DNA of 64,000 nucleotides from Lineus longissimus (Eukaryota): NCBI RefSeq assembly GCF_910592395.1, contig NC_088308.1, positions 372,001 to 436,000 of the forward strand, read 5' to 3'. Shown piece by piece: positions 42,495 to 55,795 of this stretch (position 1 is its first letter; each line of letters starts with the position of its first letter). The notes under the pieces were generated by a model. It saw only the letters and a program-made list of their open reading frames with translations, ran no database searches and was not told where the DNA came from. The position numbers and the translations under genes were made by a program.

Positions 42495-45400
42495 TCTACG
42501 GTGAGATGAAGCTGTCAATTAGTATTGATGGATCGAAATAAACTAACAACTGCTAGTAGCCCTCGGTTTAACTACAACAATAAGCGACACCATGCCTCTC
42601 CCAAAGGCAGACCAACACACTGGATGCCTAGTTTTTATAGAGTAAATTACGTTTTCTCCAATAACAGCATCAGTATCCAACACGCTTGGCATTACTCTAT
42701 AAAAACCGAGCAAATGCTAAACGGTCCAGTACAGCTACCTCCGACACAATTTGTTGTAAAAGAAAGGCGGTGTGTCATGTCAGATGATTGATAGGGCCAA
42801 AACCCCCGTAATAATCGTGGTACAGGCAATAAATTGTTCGCGCCAACCACAAATATACAGCCATTGATTTATATCTAACTCAAATATCCGCCTCCATGCC
42901 CTTCGGCAATTAATTTCTGATCAGCGCCGGTTTTTAATTTCATAAAATATAAACAAATATGAAATGTCAGTAATTGGGTTCACGTCATGTGCCTCCCGCC
43001 TGTATCGTCGGTTTTAATCAACTGCTGATCTGTGATTGGTGGGAGCGTACCGGGTGGTACGTCGAACGGTAACAGTCTTTGATAACTTGTCATTTGACTG
43101 CTTTCAATTAGCGTTGACTTTATCAAAATTAGCAGAAAAATGTATCAGCAATGTCAATGCAGTCAGAAAAGTGGGAGGCGTTTCTTTTATATAACAGAGA
43201 AATAGCCAGAGGCGTGTATGAGGTCCCATGAAGAAAGCTAGCGTGTGGTGATTACTGTAACGCCGATATGACACATTCGTACCGACAGAACCAAAATATA
43301 TGATTATTCTACGCTACACAACATAACGCCTAACGTTTTAAAAAAAACACAACTAAACAAACCAAGAGTTGAACTCCATCTTTACAGCCTGATTTCTGAC
43401 AAATATCAACTTCCTCAGTCTTGGAGGTCGAAAATGTCACCAATAAGTAACATCCTTTTAACTTAATTCCAATCGTCATAAAATAAGACGGTGTTTTTTA
43501 TGTCTCTCGAGCACTAATCTTACAAATATCGTCAACAATGGCGTGCATTTTATGCGAAAAAAATTCTCATTCGCGATCCAATTTCCGACCAGCATTGTGT
43601 AAAGAGGCTTTTAACAAAATGAAAACTGCAAATTGTGCTTTTAGAGTGTGTTTCAAAGGAAACGATGAAACAACAAACATTGGGATGATTAAAAAACTTC
43701 GTTTGAAAATGTTGAATGTTTAATTAAGGCAACGCGGTAATTAGGCTGACATCTGGTGAACACGTGAACTAGAGACATATAGGGAGAAATGTCTTTTGGG
43801 GTATAACTTAAAGGCTAAAAATATCTTTGTCTTGAAATCCTAATCTTGAGTTCTATGGTCGTCAAAATGCCTGTGTAAAGTGTTAGAGACGCTTAGATCT
43901 TCAAAATGACCATGTGCTCACCTCGGGTAATGTTAATGCATGTCATTTGCAGTGGATATGGGAGAACAGTTTGGGTCACTGATGTCAATTTCACAATCTT
44001 AGAGGAAGTGGTGTGGTAGTGCAGCTCTCTTTCCTGGGGCAGTTTATATCAATATTCCGTTACAAAACTAAGCTAAAAATGGTTTCCAAGATGGTCGCTT
44101 TCCAAATTAAAAGAAAAAGAGGAGCTTTGCTCAGTCCATCTGATTGAAAAAACATCAGGGTTCCCCGCGAAGCAAACATTGGCCTCCTTATTCTCATCCC
44201 TCTTTTCCTTGGTTAGTCACAGAGTGCCGATGCGAGCAACATCATCGCATAGGCTAACGATGCCTTGTATTGAATACAATGGATGGGCAGTTACTATACA
44301 CTTCCTTTATCATCATCGATTACAATGATTAAGCAAAAAGGGAATTTGCTTGAAAAATAAATATTCAAAAAAGATGTTGCATGAAAGCTGAATCAATGTC
44401 GACATGATGGATGCTTTGTTTGCGATCCAAACCAATCCGTTTCACAGAGTTTCATAATCTATTAATCTGCATTGCAAAGAGCGCCGAATCGTAATATGAT
44501 AGATCATCAATATCTGTTGATGATACCAATTGGCAACAGATTAACTCATAAATCATGCAGAAGTTTCCTTTTCTTATCAGGCCAGACCAATGTGATGGTG
44601 AATTTGGGGGATGCTTTCGCTAGACATAGTGAAAAATAACAACTATGAAAGTAGAACATTTCTGTTTACCAACAGTCATGACAGTACATTTCAGCAGTGT
44701 ATTGTGTTTCATATTTACCTCAGCCTGCCAGGTGTGTTTTTATCATAACAATTGTTTTTGTATTTTAGTCGCCTTAAGGCTTTTCTGCCTGCTTAAACAC
44801 TGAGTTTTAACTCAAAGTAACAACATGTGACTGGAAAACAAATATCAGAGTTTACATAACGGCTCAGAGCACACATTGGAGGAACAAAAATTGCTAGAAA
44901 ACATCTTAAATTTATTTTAGCATACACGAAATTTGTCAAACTAGCACTGAAATGCATATGGCCCAAAACACCGATCTGAGAGACGTCTCATTATCGGAAA
45001 TATACAAGCATCGAATGCACCAACGAAAGATTTGTCCATTGGAGTCCATGTGGCATCTTATATCACCATGTCTTGCCCGGAGCAATCGGCTGACACCGTC
45101 ATGTACTGTATATTTCAATTGTGGTAGTTGTCAGAGAGACGACGTATCTGTTTTTATACAATTGTTACATCTCAATTTGGCCAACTTTTAACTTTTCGTA
45201 CAATAGGGTTGTGAAGAATAGCACGAGACTTCATACCTGGGCCATTTGTGATGAAAAAGGTACGGACATACTTCCTCGGGTATACTTCGCAATTCAAAAC
45301 AATAGCGAAACAGCTGCATATTGACTCTTTTCTCATCAAATTGTAAACTATGAAGTACTTTAGTGTCAAGTAGTGTCAGGAATGATAAAGAAAACTGAAT

Positions 45401-46083
45401 AAGGAGCTCCAGTTCTTGACGCTACATTTCCAAAATGAAGAACATTTCTTTGGAAATGCCCCCCTCGCCTCCCCTATCGACGACCCAAGGTAGATGAACT
45501 TGGTCGGTAACGAAATCAATTATCAGTGGCTATCAAATTATTGTCACCTACAAGAAAAGATTCATTGTTACATTATATGGGGCAATTGTAGAGTAACACA
45601 ACGCCGCCGCGATATTAAAGCTGACATGCATGCATAAAAACCCTAACGGCCTTGTTAGAAAACACTGACGACCGTCCGCCATGTTTCAAATGTACTCAGG
45701 TATGATAGACTACCAGCAGGCCGCAGTGGTGATCAGTTCATATAATCTTACTATAAGTGGCCATTCCGACCGCTCACGGTCACTCTTCGAAATCAAATGC
45801 CACTTCATCAGACTGTTCCTCAATACACGCATGGTTTTAATACTGGCAAAGCGGAAAATTGTTTTGCATCTTAAAACTCGAAAAATAGCTGCGTGCTCTT
45901 GTAATCATCACAGGGTGTCATGTTCATCTCCTGATTATGTATCTAATGAATTCACTCTGCCAATATTGTACGTGAGAGGGCAAATTTTAAAGGCCACTTT
46001 CAAACTGAAAATGGTACAGATGGCACAAAAGACACCATGATTCTGTCAAGCTTATTCTGAAAATTCTGTTCATTTACCACGAA

Positions 46084-46177
46084 GACTTCATGGCTTAGTG
46101 GGTAAGACGGCCAGGATCAAGTGGCGAGGGTTCCGAGTTCGAACCCCCTCGAGGAGTAATTTTCATTTTTTTCTTTC
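46084..46177 (+). mobile_element. tRNA-derived Pol III element (SINE head or tRNA pseudogene)
   Basis: A box TGGCTTAGTGG at 46091-46101 and B box GTTCGAACC at 46137-46145 at tRNA spacing; partial acceptor stem ACTTC/GGAGT; T-run downstream. Arms too degenerate for a functional tRNA. Confidence 0.65.
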
Positions 46178-49100
46178 TGTGACCTGTTCTGTTTGTGCAG
46201 TCAAGTGAGACCTATCATGTTTCAATTGCGGTTGGTCGTTTGGTGGTCGGGCGTTTGTGTTTTCGAACTTGGCCGTTCGAGTTATTAGTAATAAATATCA
46301 TAAACATCCCATATATTCACCTATCGTGGCGGCATCCAAGTCAAGCGTGCAAGTCCTACAACATGCTCTACTATTGGCAATGCCATGGTATGGTCAACTC
46401 CATAATAGAGGATACAGCGAATATCTCGTTTTGCTATGAAACTCTTCCTGTCTTTATTTATTCGCCACAGGTGTGAATTAATCCAATGCTCTATGACACA
46501 CTTCCTCATAGCGTGAAAATTACTCGGAGAAGGAAGCAACGGAATACGTACAGATAGACTTACTAATGAACGTATGCTGCGTATGAAGTTTCTGCTCTGA
46601 AGGAGGAAGTCGTTGTACACGGTCCTCCTTTGTATAAAATGTATGTTTTTTTGAATGAAATAATTATGTGAATCAAGAACTGCTGTTTCAAGTACAGCAA
46701 CGATCAAGAAGTATATAGGCCATTTCACGAGAAAATGGCACTCTGATGTTTAGTGATTTTGCACTGACAATACAACATTTGAACAACGTGTTATAACTAC
46801 TTATTTTGCCTATTCGGAAAAAGTATGACCAAGAACGAACCATTTGAAGCAGAATACTGACAACTTTCCACGATCATTTTAGGCTTTATTGCTTGCAGTC
46901 TTTACTCCTGCAGTTGGCACCGAGGAAGGGTGGAGGAAGAGAGTGGAGGAGGAGGAGAGTGGTGACATATTCCACAATGATATGCAAAACAACAAGAAAT
47001 TCTCCTTGGGCCGGGCGATTCTGTGCCCCATTCGAAAGTGGCATTTATGACATATTGTACCGACATGCCAATCGTTGACACTGTGGTATTATCTGGTATC
47101 AGAAAAAAATCAAGATACATTGAGCTGTCTGGAATCAAGCCACAACAGGGCATAGAAACCAATGAATAAGAACCCATATCAGTTGAGTCTAGCAAATCGG
47201 TCAAACTATACAGAGAAATCAACAGCTGATTGAATAAAGTGTGGCATTTCATTTATTCCCAATTTGGTAGTGACAGATCCATTCAAGCACGATTTGAGAC
47301 ATCCGCCAGAAGCATTCACTATGAAGACTTGCTAAGTAAGACGCCGCTTGCCCTTATTATTGTCGTAAACAATCCACGCACTTCATAGTTGATGGCTGAT
47401 ATGGGCGTTTTTAAGAAACACCAAGGGATTTGCTAAGTTACCGATTTACTCTCTGGTTCTCAAAGAGCGTTCGCGAAGGATTGCGTCCGCTTAACTAGTA
47501 AGATGTGGTGCACCATGTTTGATAATAACGAGATAGGCGAGGCTACATTTCTCAGTGCCCATGCAAAAGTTCATATTCCTACTTTGGTATAAAGAAAAAA
47601 GCAATACCTCATCACGACCATGTTATTCTAACCATGCTTCGCAATACCAGGCATAAAGTCGAAAAGTTTATCAGGATGACAATACGCGAAGTTCATCAAG
47701 CCATTGTTCCTTTTGATGCATGAAAAGACAGCAACATTCTGTTTTTCTTCATCGTTTGCGCAATCTATTCTCTGGTAAATGGAGAGCTTATTGCTTCAAG
47801 TATAACGGAAAAATATATTGCACATTTAATGCAAAAGTTTTTCTCTGAAAACTAAAAGCATATCATATTGGAGAAGTTTAATACATCATTAACTTTCTGT
47901 ATGAATATATAATGGCAATAATGCATTAAAAGGTCTTTTCATTCTTCATAGTGGCTTTCGATGCCACTATTCTGCAGCAATAACCCCAAATGCGCAAGTG
48001 ATTTATTCTACTGAAGAATTCGGCACAAAATAGACAATGTTATCAACCATATACAGAGTAACCGTGCATAACAAACTCATTATAAGAACAACAAAGTGCA
48101 CATTTCCAAAGAGAAATTTCCCATTTTGCTCATTAAATCGAATCTGTTAAATCAGCATGAAAAAGTGATCTGCCTCGTGAAAATAATTCAAATAGAGAAA
48201 CTCGTGGGACTGTCTCTCCCAGCCAGCCACATACGGGAAGCGTGTCTAAGAAAGCATCGGAGTGATCTAGATAAGGAATTATCTATCGATTGATGGAGAC
48301 TTTTAGGAATTGTTTTCAAGATGGGCAAATCAAGTGTTGATACTTCTGCGGCGAACGCAACTAACTGTAATAATGTGGTGAAAATTAAACCTCGAGGCTC
48401 AGCAAATATGTCTGTTGTTGGTTGTCTTAAGAACGTTCGGTGATTTTTTTGCAAGACTTGTTTCAGATTATCTAACTCCCCAAGGCAGTGCGGCTGTGTA
48501 TCTGTTTTCTATTTTCCTGAGTGCCTCTTTCTTCTAATTTTATCCACATTTACATTAACCTGATTAAGTAAGTTCCTGACGGGTATTGTGACGATATATC
48601 CCAATAAGGCACGAAAATCATTTTTTGCAATAGTTTTTCAAAAGTCGCTAAAACAAGTTAACGAAGCGTCATTCATATTCGTGAAAAAGAAAAGATCTGA
48701 TCATTGTTGATAAAGAAAATAGATAAAGTCATTCGTTTTCTCATTGCGACTTATCAAACTATCCAGGACTCAATTTTCGAGTAAGAGAAACATATTTTGT
48801 ATCCCACGGTACTGCACTAGAAGAGAGGATAACGAGTCGAATTTACATTGATTGTTCACTGGTAATAAAACTAATCCAATCCAATTATATGACGAACTGA
48901 TGGGATGCACAACCGGACGTCGTTGGCATCTACATGACAAATTACGTCAACATATGAAAAAATTCGCCTTCTAAAGTGCACTCAGTTTCCAAACACATGC
49001 GTCTAAAGTCGTGTGTTGTCAATTGCCATCACTCTGTTAGGCATAATCGGATTCATCAATGACATCGGCACGTGACATTTGATCGGCATACCGCAGAAAC

Positions 49101-50613
49101 TTCTCACAGCCGTACAATAATAGAAATGGCAACTACGTGTATATTGCCAACTGTCCAACCAATATATCACATTCCGCCAGCTTACCCGGGGTATTCTTTT
49201 CGCCATTTTTATTCATTAATGCGTAATCAATCAAACTAATAATCTCTGGTGGATATTTCCGGTACAAGAATGATGATCGTCCAATTCCCATTATTTTGTC
49301 ATAAATGTATCGTGACTTGCTACATGTTTATGGAATTAATGGAACAGCTTTGTCCGCATTTAGATACTTTATTCAACTATTGGCATGGTCATGATAGCAC
49401 CGCGTCACAGTTCAGCTTCCTCGTGTAACTCTAACCACGATCTTAATCTATGCCATTTCGCTGTGTGAAATCACTCCAAAAATCAACCTTCGTGGGCTGT
49501 GAAATGCCACATGCTCTTATTCCTCTATGTTCCTTGAAAGGTCCTGATGTCGTGAAAACAGATGAACCTGTCTGTGGGTGGGTTCATTGGACTAGTAGAT
49601 CATGTCTGCAATTTTGATAAGGACAGATAGTCACACCAAATTGGTCCTATAAGGAGGAAGTCACACTCAGACGGCCAGGTGCGATCGCTTTTAGATGATT
49701 GCTCACAGTCGTTTTGTATCTTAGATTGTCGAATCATGAGGACAGGCAAAAGCTTTGACTAAACAAACGTTCGAACCAGTGGTGACTGTCTGATGAACAC
49801 GTCTCGTGTGAACACATCCAATCAACTGTCCAACGCTTGAAAGCATTTTTATATTGTGGTGTTAGATACATCGGATAATGAAGTCAAAGGCGTAAGGGAG
49901 TCACAACCTTCAGGGTCAAGATGCCTGGAAGAATGTCAACAGCTTCCGATAGTTTCATAAACGAATTTGCCAACTTTCCGTCGAAGCAAATGCGATTATC
50001 TTGAGTATTATCGAGATTGTTAGAACCTGATTGACCATTCATAGCTGCCAGCTCATCATCTGATTGTCATGAAGCAGGATATAGTCCCACCAAACGGGTT
50101 GAGGATTCAGCGCCAAAAACTGCACGGAGGTCGTCTAACAATTTAAGGAATCCTTGTCGATTTACTCAGGTAAATGCCATCAATTTAAGATTTTGGACTC
50201 GGTGACTGACTTTGTTTTCAAAGCATCAAACGTCTTTCTTATCAAGCATATCGCTTGTGATTCTGCAGACCAACCGATTGGTCAGTGGTTCACAGGATGA
50301 CCAGCTCAGGCTACCGTACATGTCGAAACAACTTATCCTAGTTGGCTTAAAAGAAACAAAGGAACCCAAGCGGCAAATCCAATGATGTTTTTCTTTGGCG
50401 TTCTCCGGTCATGTATATTGTTACATCTAAGGGATTGCCTTCTATTGCAGATCCGTGAATCTCAAAGAGGCTCATATATCATAATATGTATTGACAACAA
50501 TATTCACTAGCCATATGATGTTTCTATAGAGTTGTTTACCGTAATAAGCATTATTCATAAGTGACCAAAACTACCAAGAAGGCAAAGGAACACACCGCGA
50601 CACAAGTAACTGA

Positions 50614-50763
50614 TATTATTATTATTATTATTAAAAACATTTTTATAGCGCTAAACGTTGTTAAAACTTCTAAGCGCTTTACAATTTATAATAAAACAAT
50701 AAAACATTAATACATGATAGCATAAAATTCGTTACTAAAGAAAATGTGCAAGTGGGATTTAAA
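50614..50763 (-). mobile_element. 3' end remnant of an L2/CR1-group LINE or a derived SINE
   Basis: Minus strand reads FKSHL..F (like the FKxxLKTxLF ORF2 C-terminus), then an AT-rich UTR, stem-loop TGTAAAGCGCTTA...TTTAGCGCTATAAA and an (AAT)n tail. Confidence 0.6.
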
Positions 50764-50803
50764 AAAAAAAAAAAAAAAAACAACAAAAAAAAACAACAAA
50801 AAA
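50761..50803. repeat. A-rich low-complexity tract
   Basis: A20 followed by CAA-interrupted A runs. Confidence 0.9.
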
Positions 50804-53800
50804 TCATCACGAACAACTTCCCTTTTGACGAAATTCATTTTGTCACGGAGTTCCGAGCGAGCTTTCTGTCTAATCATAACATTGTGCTGTGGGTGTTTAA
50901 TCATCGGTAAATCTCCTGCGCTTAGAGTCCTACACAATATGTAATCCTACCGGATATCGTCCCTTCATACCAGGTCTTAATCAATGTGGATCCATTGGAA
51001 AATGCGGGTAAAGCCGCAGAGGTCTCACAGGTGTTTCATTAATTTCGATGTAGATGTCCGTTTGTAGCACGGCAATTACTTCTATAATCACAAATCCAGT
51101 GAAAAACGCAAAACCGCAACAGTAAGCCGAAGTCGTTTCCTGATACTGCGCATCTTGCCTCAGAGAGCGAGGGAACAAGTCCCGATGATGTTGATCATTT
51201 TGAGGCAAATCAAGTCGTAACGAGAACTAAGGGCATAAAGATCGAATGAGTTTCAATTGATTGCAGTATGGTGGACATAGGAGCCTTTACTGCAATGACG
51301 AAGACTATGGGAAAACAATCGAAAATCAATGTATCCGTCTGGTATAAAAATTGTTGTTCCATGAATCAAAATGGCTGATAATTTCGACTCTAAGATGACT
51401 TTAGCGGCAGGAGGAAAACATAGACAAGACACTTTAGTAGCGTGGTCCTTATCATCTGGTTTTGGTTCGATAGCTTCGACTAGATTAGGTATGTTAGTGT
51501 ACAATTCTGTGGTAGACAGTATCTGAAGGCAAATGACATATTATTACCAAGTCATTCAGATAAAATTGGTATTTCTCATTGCCAGATCTGGAACGAAAAT
51601 GATGAGTACCATGAGTACTACATGTATTTGGGTTGTATCTTTTCGAAATCCTGCACTCTTGTGAGAGAATCAAATCAGAGATACTCAATAATCGATGAAA
51701 ACCCGACCATTCTCAGCTTTTAATCGCATATTGAAAGGGCCATGGCTATGTATTTACGGCTGCGAAGATTGGAACATTTGGCTTTTATGTACCATCAATA
51801 TATAAGTCGGAAACATCTCTGCTGATAGGATGGTGAGATACGCAGAGATACGCAGAGCGACTGCCAACTGATGGGGCGCCAGACATTCTAGTGGCCACTG
51901 GCAAGGGTGCTGTTGTGATATACCCGACTATAACCGACTCATCCTTTCCTAATCCTCAATTACAGCCACGGAATCGTATAGTTCGCTACGTAATCTGTAT
52001 TCTTACGGTACTGGGTGTCATCGATACATGCAATGCAGAGTATTAAACAGATTGGTTCAAAATGAAAATAAGATTGGAAAAAACCAAGAGACGACTAAGA
52101 TCAAATGCTATTTCCGACCTTAAATTAAAAAAGAAGAAGAGTGCTCTAATCAGATTATCTGTGATATAAACCAGTTACAAGTTGTGCCGTCTCCTTTTAT
52201 GAGATATGGCGTAACGTCTCATCAATTACTTTCAAGCAATTAATTGGAAGAGTGATAAACATGACACTCCTTAATAAATCAGAGAAAATGCGTCTGAAAG
52301 TCAACTTTGTCAATGATCGTGTTTCATCAACAAAACCACCAGGAATACTACCGTTGTGAACGGGTTTTTTCTCAAGGTTCATGCACCTGAGGATACAGAA
52401 GGCTATGGTACCCCTTTATCTCGCCAGGGGCAGAGGAAACATGTTTCCAAACATGCCAAAGAAACGCCGCAGTAGTTCTTATTCTTAGCCCCGGTTAATG
52501 GACCTTCCCAGTGTGACACCCGGGGGTTGCCCTCAAATTATGTAGCGGCAAAATGTGAAACGGACGTGCCCAATGCTCGCATGTGAACAGCTGGAAAGTT
52601 TGTTAATCTCTTTCTTCTCAAGAAAAACAACAAATAGCGCGCACTTTGTGCAGACTTTATTGCGCTCAGTCAATACTCTTGGGGTTGTGACAAAAACACT
52701 GTATCAGCAGAAGAAGCAATCGATTCGCCCATCGCGGTTTCGGGGAACAATTTACTGCTTATAATGTGTTCTCGGGCATCAAAACGGTGGGTTGCCCCGA
52801 AAATTGGCAAACTTACGAGGTTTTGCTGCAAGGCATGGCGCCGATACTCTCCAGGGCTCAATAACTAAGGCTATCACTATCCAAATGCTTATATACTACC
52901 AAATTTACATGATGTGATATTTAAGTTATGCGTCGTGATAGTAACTGTGCTCTTGGCTGGGATAAGTAACAATAGAAACGGTGAGCAATAAGTGTCATTG
53001 AAACGAGTTAGAAATATGTACGTGAGACCATGAGACCTTGGCATATTCTTATCAGAAATGAAATTAACTTTTAGTCCTCTACTGAACTTGTTATTCGCCT
53101 GCCCACAGGGTCACAGCAATGTTCAATTCGCAAACATAATAAAATAATCAGCTTTCGCGGTCACTATGTGTGATAACATGAATGAAAGTATCATGAAACC
53201 ATCGGTTTTTGAACTGTCAGTGGTTGGGGCGTGTTGTGCATGGTTAATCAGTTACATAACAACCCACATTCCAAGTCTTCCAGTGAGGTAGTTCGTAGTT
53301 TTATTTCATTAAGACTTTCGCTAAGTTAATGTAGCCAAGCACAACCAAAGGTCGCCAAAGAACTTATGAAACATTAAAGTACTAATCGTTCTACAATCCC
53401 ATTGAGTGACATACGTTTTTGTACTTTACAACCTACGTGAGTACGAATCTCTCGACGACGCCATTTTCATTCGCAATGCATAATTCACAGTGACAAAAAC
53501 AACCTGGAGGCTAATACTGCAGAGGGAATATGAAGTTACAACGTAAACCCCACTATAGATGCGTTCTTCAACTGAAAGGAGCAGGTGGTCAAAGGTAATA
53601 TAACATCTTCCTAAACGCGTCTGTAACATTAGGAAGACTGAGGCGATCCCAGGGAATCATTTATCGCAAGAATTATGACCCGTTGCATCCATACACTGGG
53701 GGGATGTACAGGGAACACTAAAAGTGCTTGACTGATTATTACTTAGCGTTGCATATCAGATTTTTGTCAATAGATTTAAAAGCATGTATATATATGGTAT

Positions 53801-55018
53801 AACAGATCGGCATGTGTCATGTGTCAACTTGAGTACCTGTCGTGTTGACTCAGATCAACACAGGTCGACTCGAACATAGCCATCAATACAATATGACACA
53901 CTTATGTTAAGTTGATATGATTGAGAGGAAATCACACTGGGACATACAGTTATTGCCAATATAAGAAAACAAACACACCAAGTAGGTTCCCATGCCGGTA
54001 AATAAAAGAAATATGACTTGAGATGTTGTTTAACGTAGCTGGCTCTAAAGAGCGCTCCTATAAACAACTTATTACCCCCTCGGTTTGCTTAAGATGTACC
54101 CTATTTGACCCATTAAGGTGTTACAGCTGGACTGTCCGGTTATTCTCTTCATGCAACTATGTGCGACTGGTGCACTGAGGTCATTTCAGTTGACTCTTTT
54201 GACTGTGTTAAATCCACTCTCATTTTGTGCATTCAATTATTGTAAGTGTTTCATCAATTCGGTACTATGAGAGTCGGGAGAAACATGCTCAACTGAGCCC
54301 ACGTTATGTTCTCCTTAATGACAAGATGCGTGAGAGGTGTTTGTCTTGAAATCCTTGCGGACTCATATTTGCATGAATCATTATACACCGTCAGTCTTGG
54401 CGCCTTATTCAAGGTTTCTTCTGTTTCTCCTGTGCAAAAAGTAAGTCGTAAGGGAAATCAGGATATAGGGGTCGTGCGTCACCTCAGAATCCAACCAACA
54501 TCGAAATAATGTCATATTTGTCTGAAGTTAGAGGATGCTACTATAATCTAATCTTTACACTTGATGGCGCTTAGATGTATCAATCTCACTCACCTACCTG
54601 GACCGTCCGCGTGTAACATTTCAAATATTATCACAAGGTAAAGAGGCATATAACCTAATTAGAAACACTTCGCCTCCTTTTTGAGCAAAATACTTCAGGA
54701 CTTCTTTGGAAATATTATTCGATGTCAGTCGATTTAGTCTCACTGACAGTGACTGAAAGGTTCTCATCTGCTGTTGAAGAAAGCAGTAGACTTTACGGGA
54801 GACCTGAGATTCCTTTTTTCATCGTCTAAGTTACATGTAGAAAACTCGAACGTGTACCTTAAGATCCCGAACCTCTATGTACCTTGTTACCTGATTGCTC
54901 TTTGATGCCATCTACGTAGGTATACGTGTTACATTTCACACATATCCTGAAGATGAACATTCTAGTAAGCGGAATGACGCATTTCGCTGTAACGAGAAGA
55001 CTTTAAATGTGTTCTTAC

Positions 55019-55783
55019 CTTTCGCTTATTGTGACTTATAATTCTATCTTGTGAATCTACAGCAAATCCTGGCGTTTTCGCTCCCCATATTTTGTATCCA
55101 ATTCTACAGTACGCACACATAATCACGGACAGAGGCATGATATACTGAATCACCACCAAATAGAGTGTATAGGTCTTTCTCCATCGTAAATCCGGCCAAG
55201 TATCCGCACAATACGATTTGTTTTTTCCAGGGTCACTATCATCTTGCTCGATTTGAACCTTGTTAAAAAGTATCCAAGGGATGCTTGACACTCCGGCAAA
55301 AGTCCACGTCACACCTATGATAATCTTTGCAATATACTTGGACACTCTGTGCTTTAGAGGATGAATGACGGCAAAGTATCGGTCTATTGAGATGATCATT
55401 AGAGTGAATATGCTGACGTTGACTGTCAAGACTTGTACAAAAGGCGCCAGAGGACACATGAACGCGGCTAGCACCCATTTTTGTAGAAGTGCCGCATGGA
55501 ATTGGAAAGGGATGGATATAATGCCTATGAAGACATCGGCACAAGCCATGTTTGCTATGAATAAGTTGGTCACTGTCTGCATTCGTCTGTTCCTTATGAT
55601 GACCACAATGACCGCTCCGTTCCCTATGACGGCCAAGACGGAGATAGACCCGTACAGTAAGGCAAGTAACGCAATGATGCCAGGTGGGACATAGTAGAGA
55701 GTTTCGAGGACAGTGCCGTTTGGCGTGTAATCCGGGACATAGAGGATATCCACTGTAGTATTCCATGGCTCCATAATCCTCAT
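55019..55783 (-). CDS. Lkr: Leucokinin/lymnokinin-receptor-like class A GPCR, coding exon 1 (N-terminus, TM1-TM5, ICL3; 255 codons)
   Basis: Rhodopsin-family motifs: GN in TM1, TVTNLFIANMACAD in TM2, FMCP (C3.25), DRY, W4.50, ECL2 Cys (SYCAD), P5.50 (IMPL). N-glycosylation sequons NTT and NGT. Segments YGSISVLAVIGN, PFQFHAALLQKW, CPLAPFVQ, VNVSIFTL and KTPG match my recollection of kinin receptors. Donor AAG|GTAAGA after 55019, phase 0. GPCR identity is secure; the subfamily is by recall, not by search. Confidence 0.93.
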
Positions 55784-55795
55784 TGAGAACTCAAC

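Larger units (their letters stand above)
4251..55018 (-). other. GT-AG intron of 50,768 bp (phase 0) between the TM5 and TM6 exons
   Basis: Flanking exons splice in frame to give a complete 7TM protein; I saw no intervening GPCR exon. Confidence 0.85.

Noticed and set aside
46321..46728. 135-aa ORF with a hydrophobic N-terminus
   Set aside because: GTG start in a eukaryote; no recognisable domain.
49776..49815. Second hammerhead-like motif (CTGATGA ACACG-TCT-CGTGT GAAC)
   Set aside because: GAAC instead of GAAA, and no stem III or valid cleavage triplet.
51470..51520. LYTNIP resembling a Penelope RT motif
   Set aside because: No preceding catalytic Asp and no other RT motifs seen nearby.
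4251..55018. Recursive splice sites or alternative TM6/TM7 exons in the long intron
   Set aside because: AG|GT candidates (near 4375, 12885, 33522) lack either a good pyrimidine tract or a good donor; no duplicate exon was seen in a manual, non-exhaustive scan.
55263..55766. Overlapping 167-aa and antisense 109-aa ORFs
   Set aside because: Shadow frames of the GPCR exon with no independent features.
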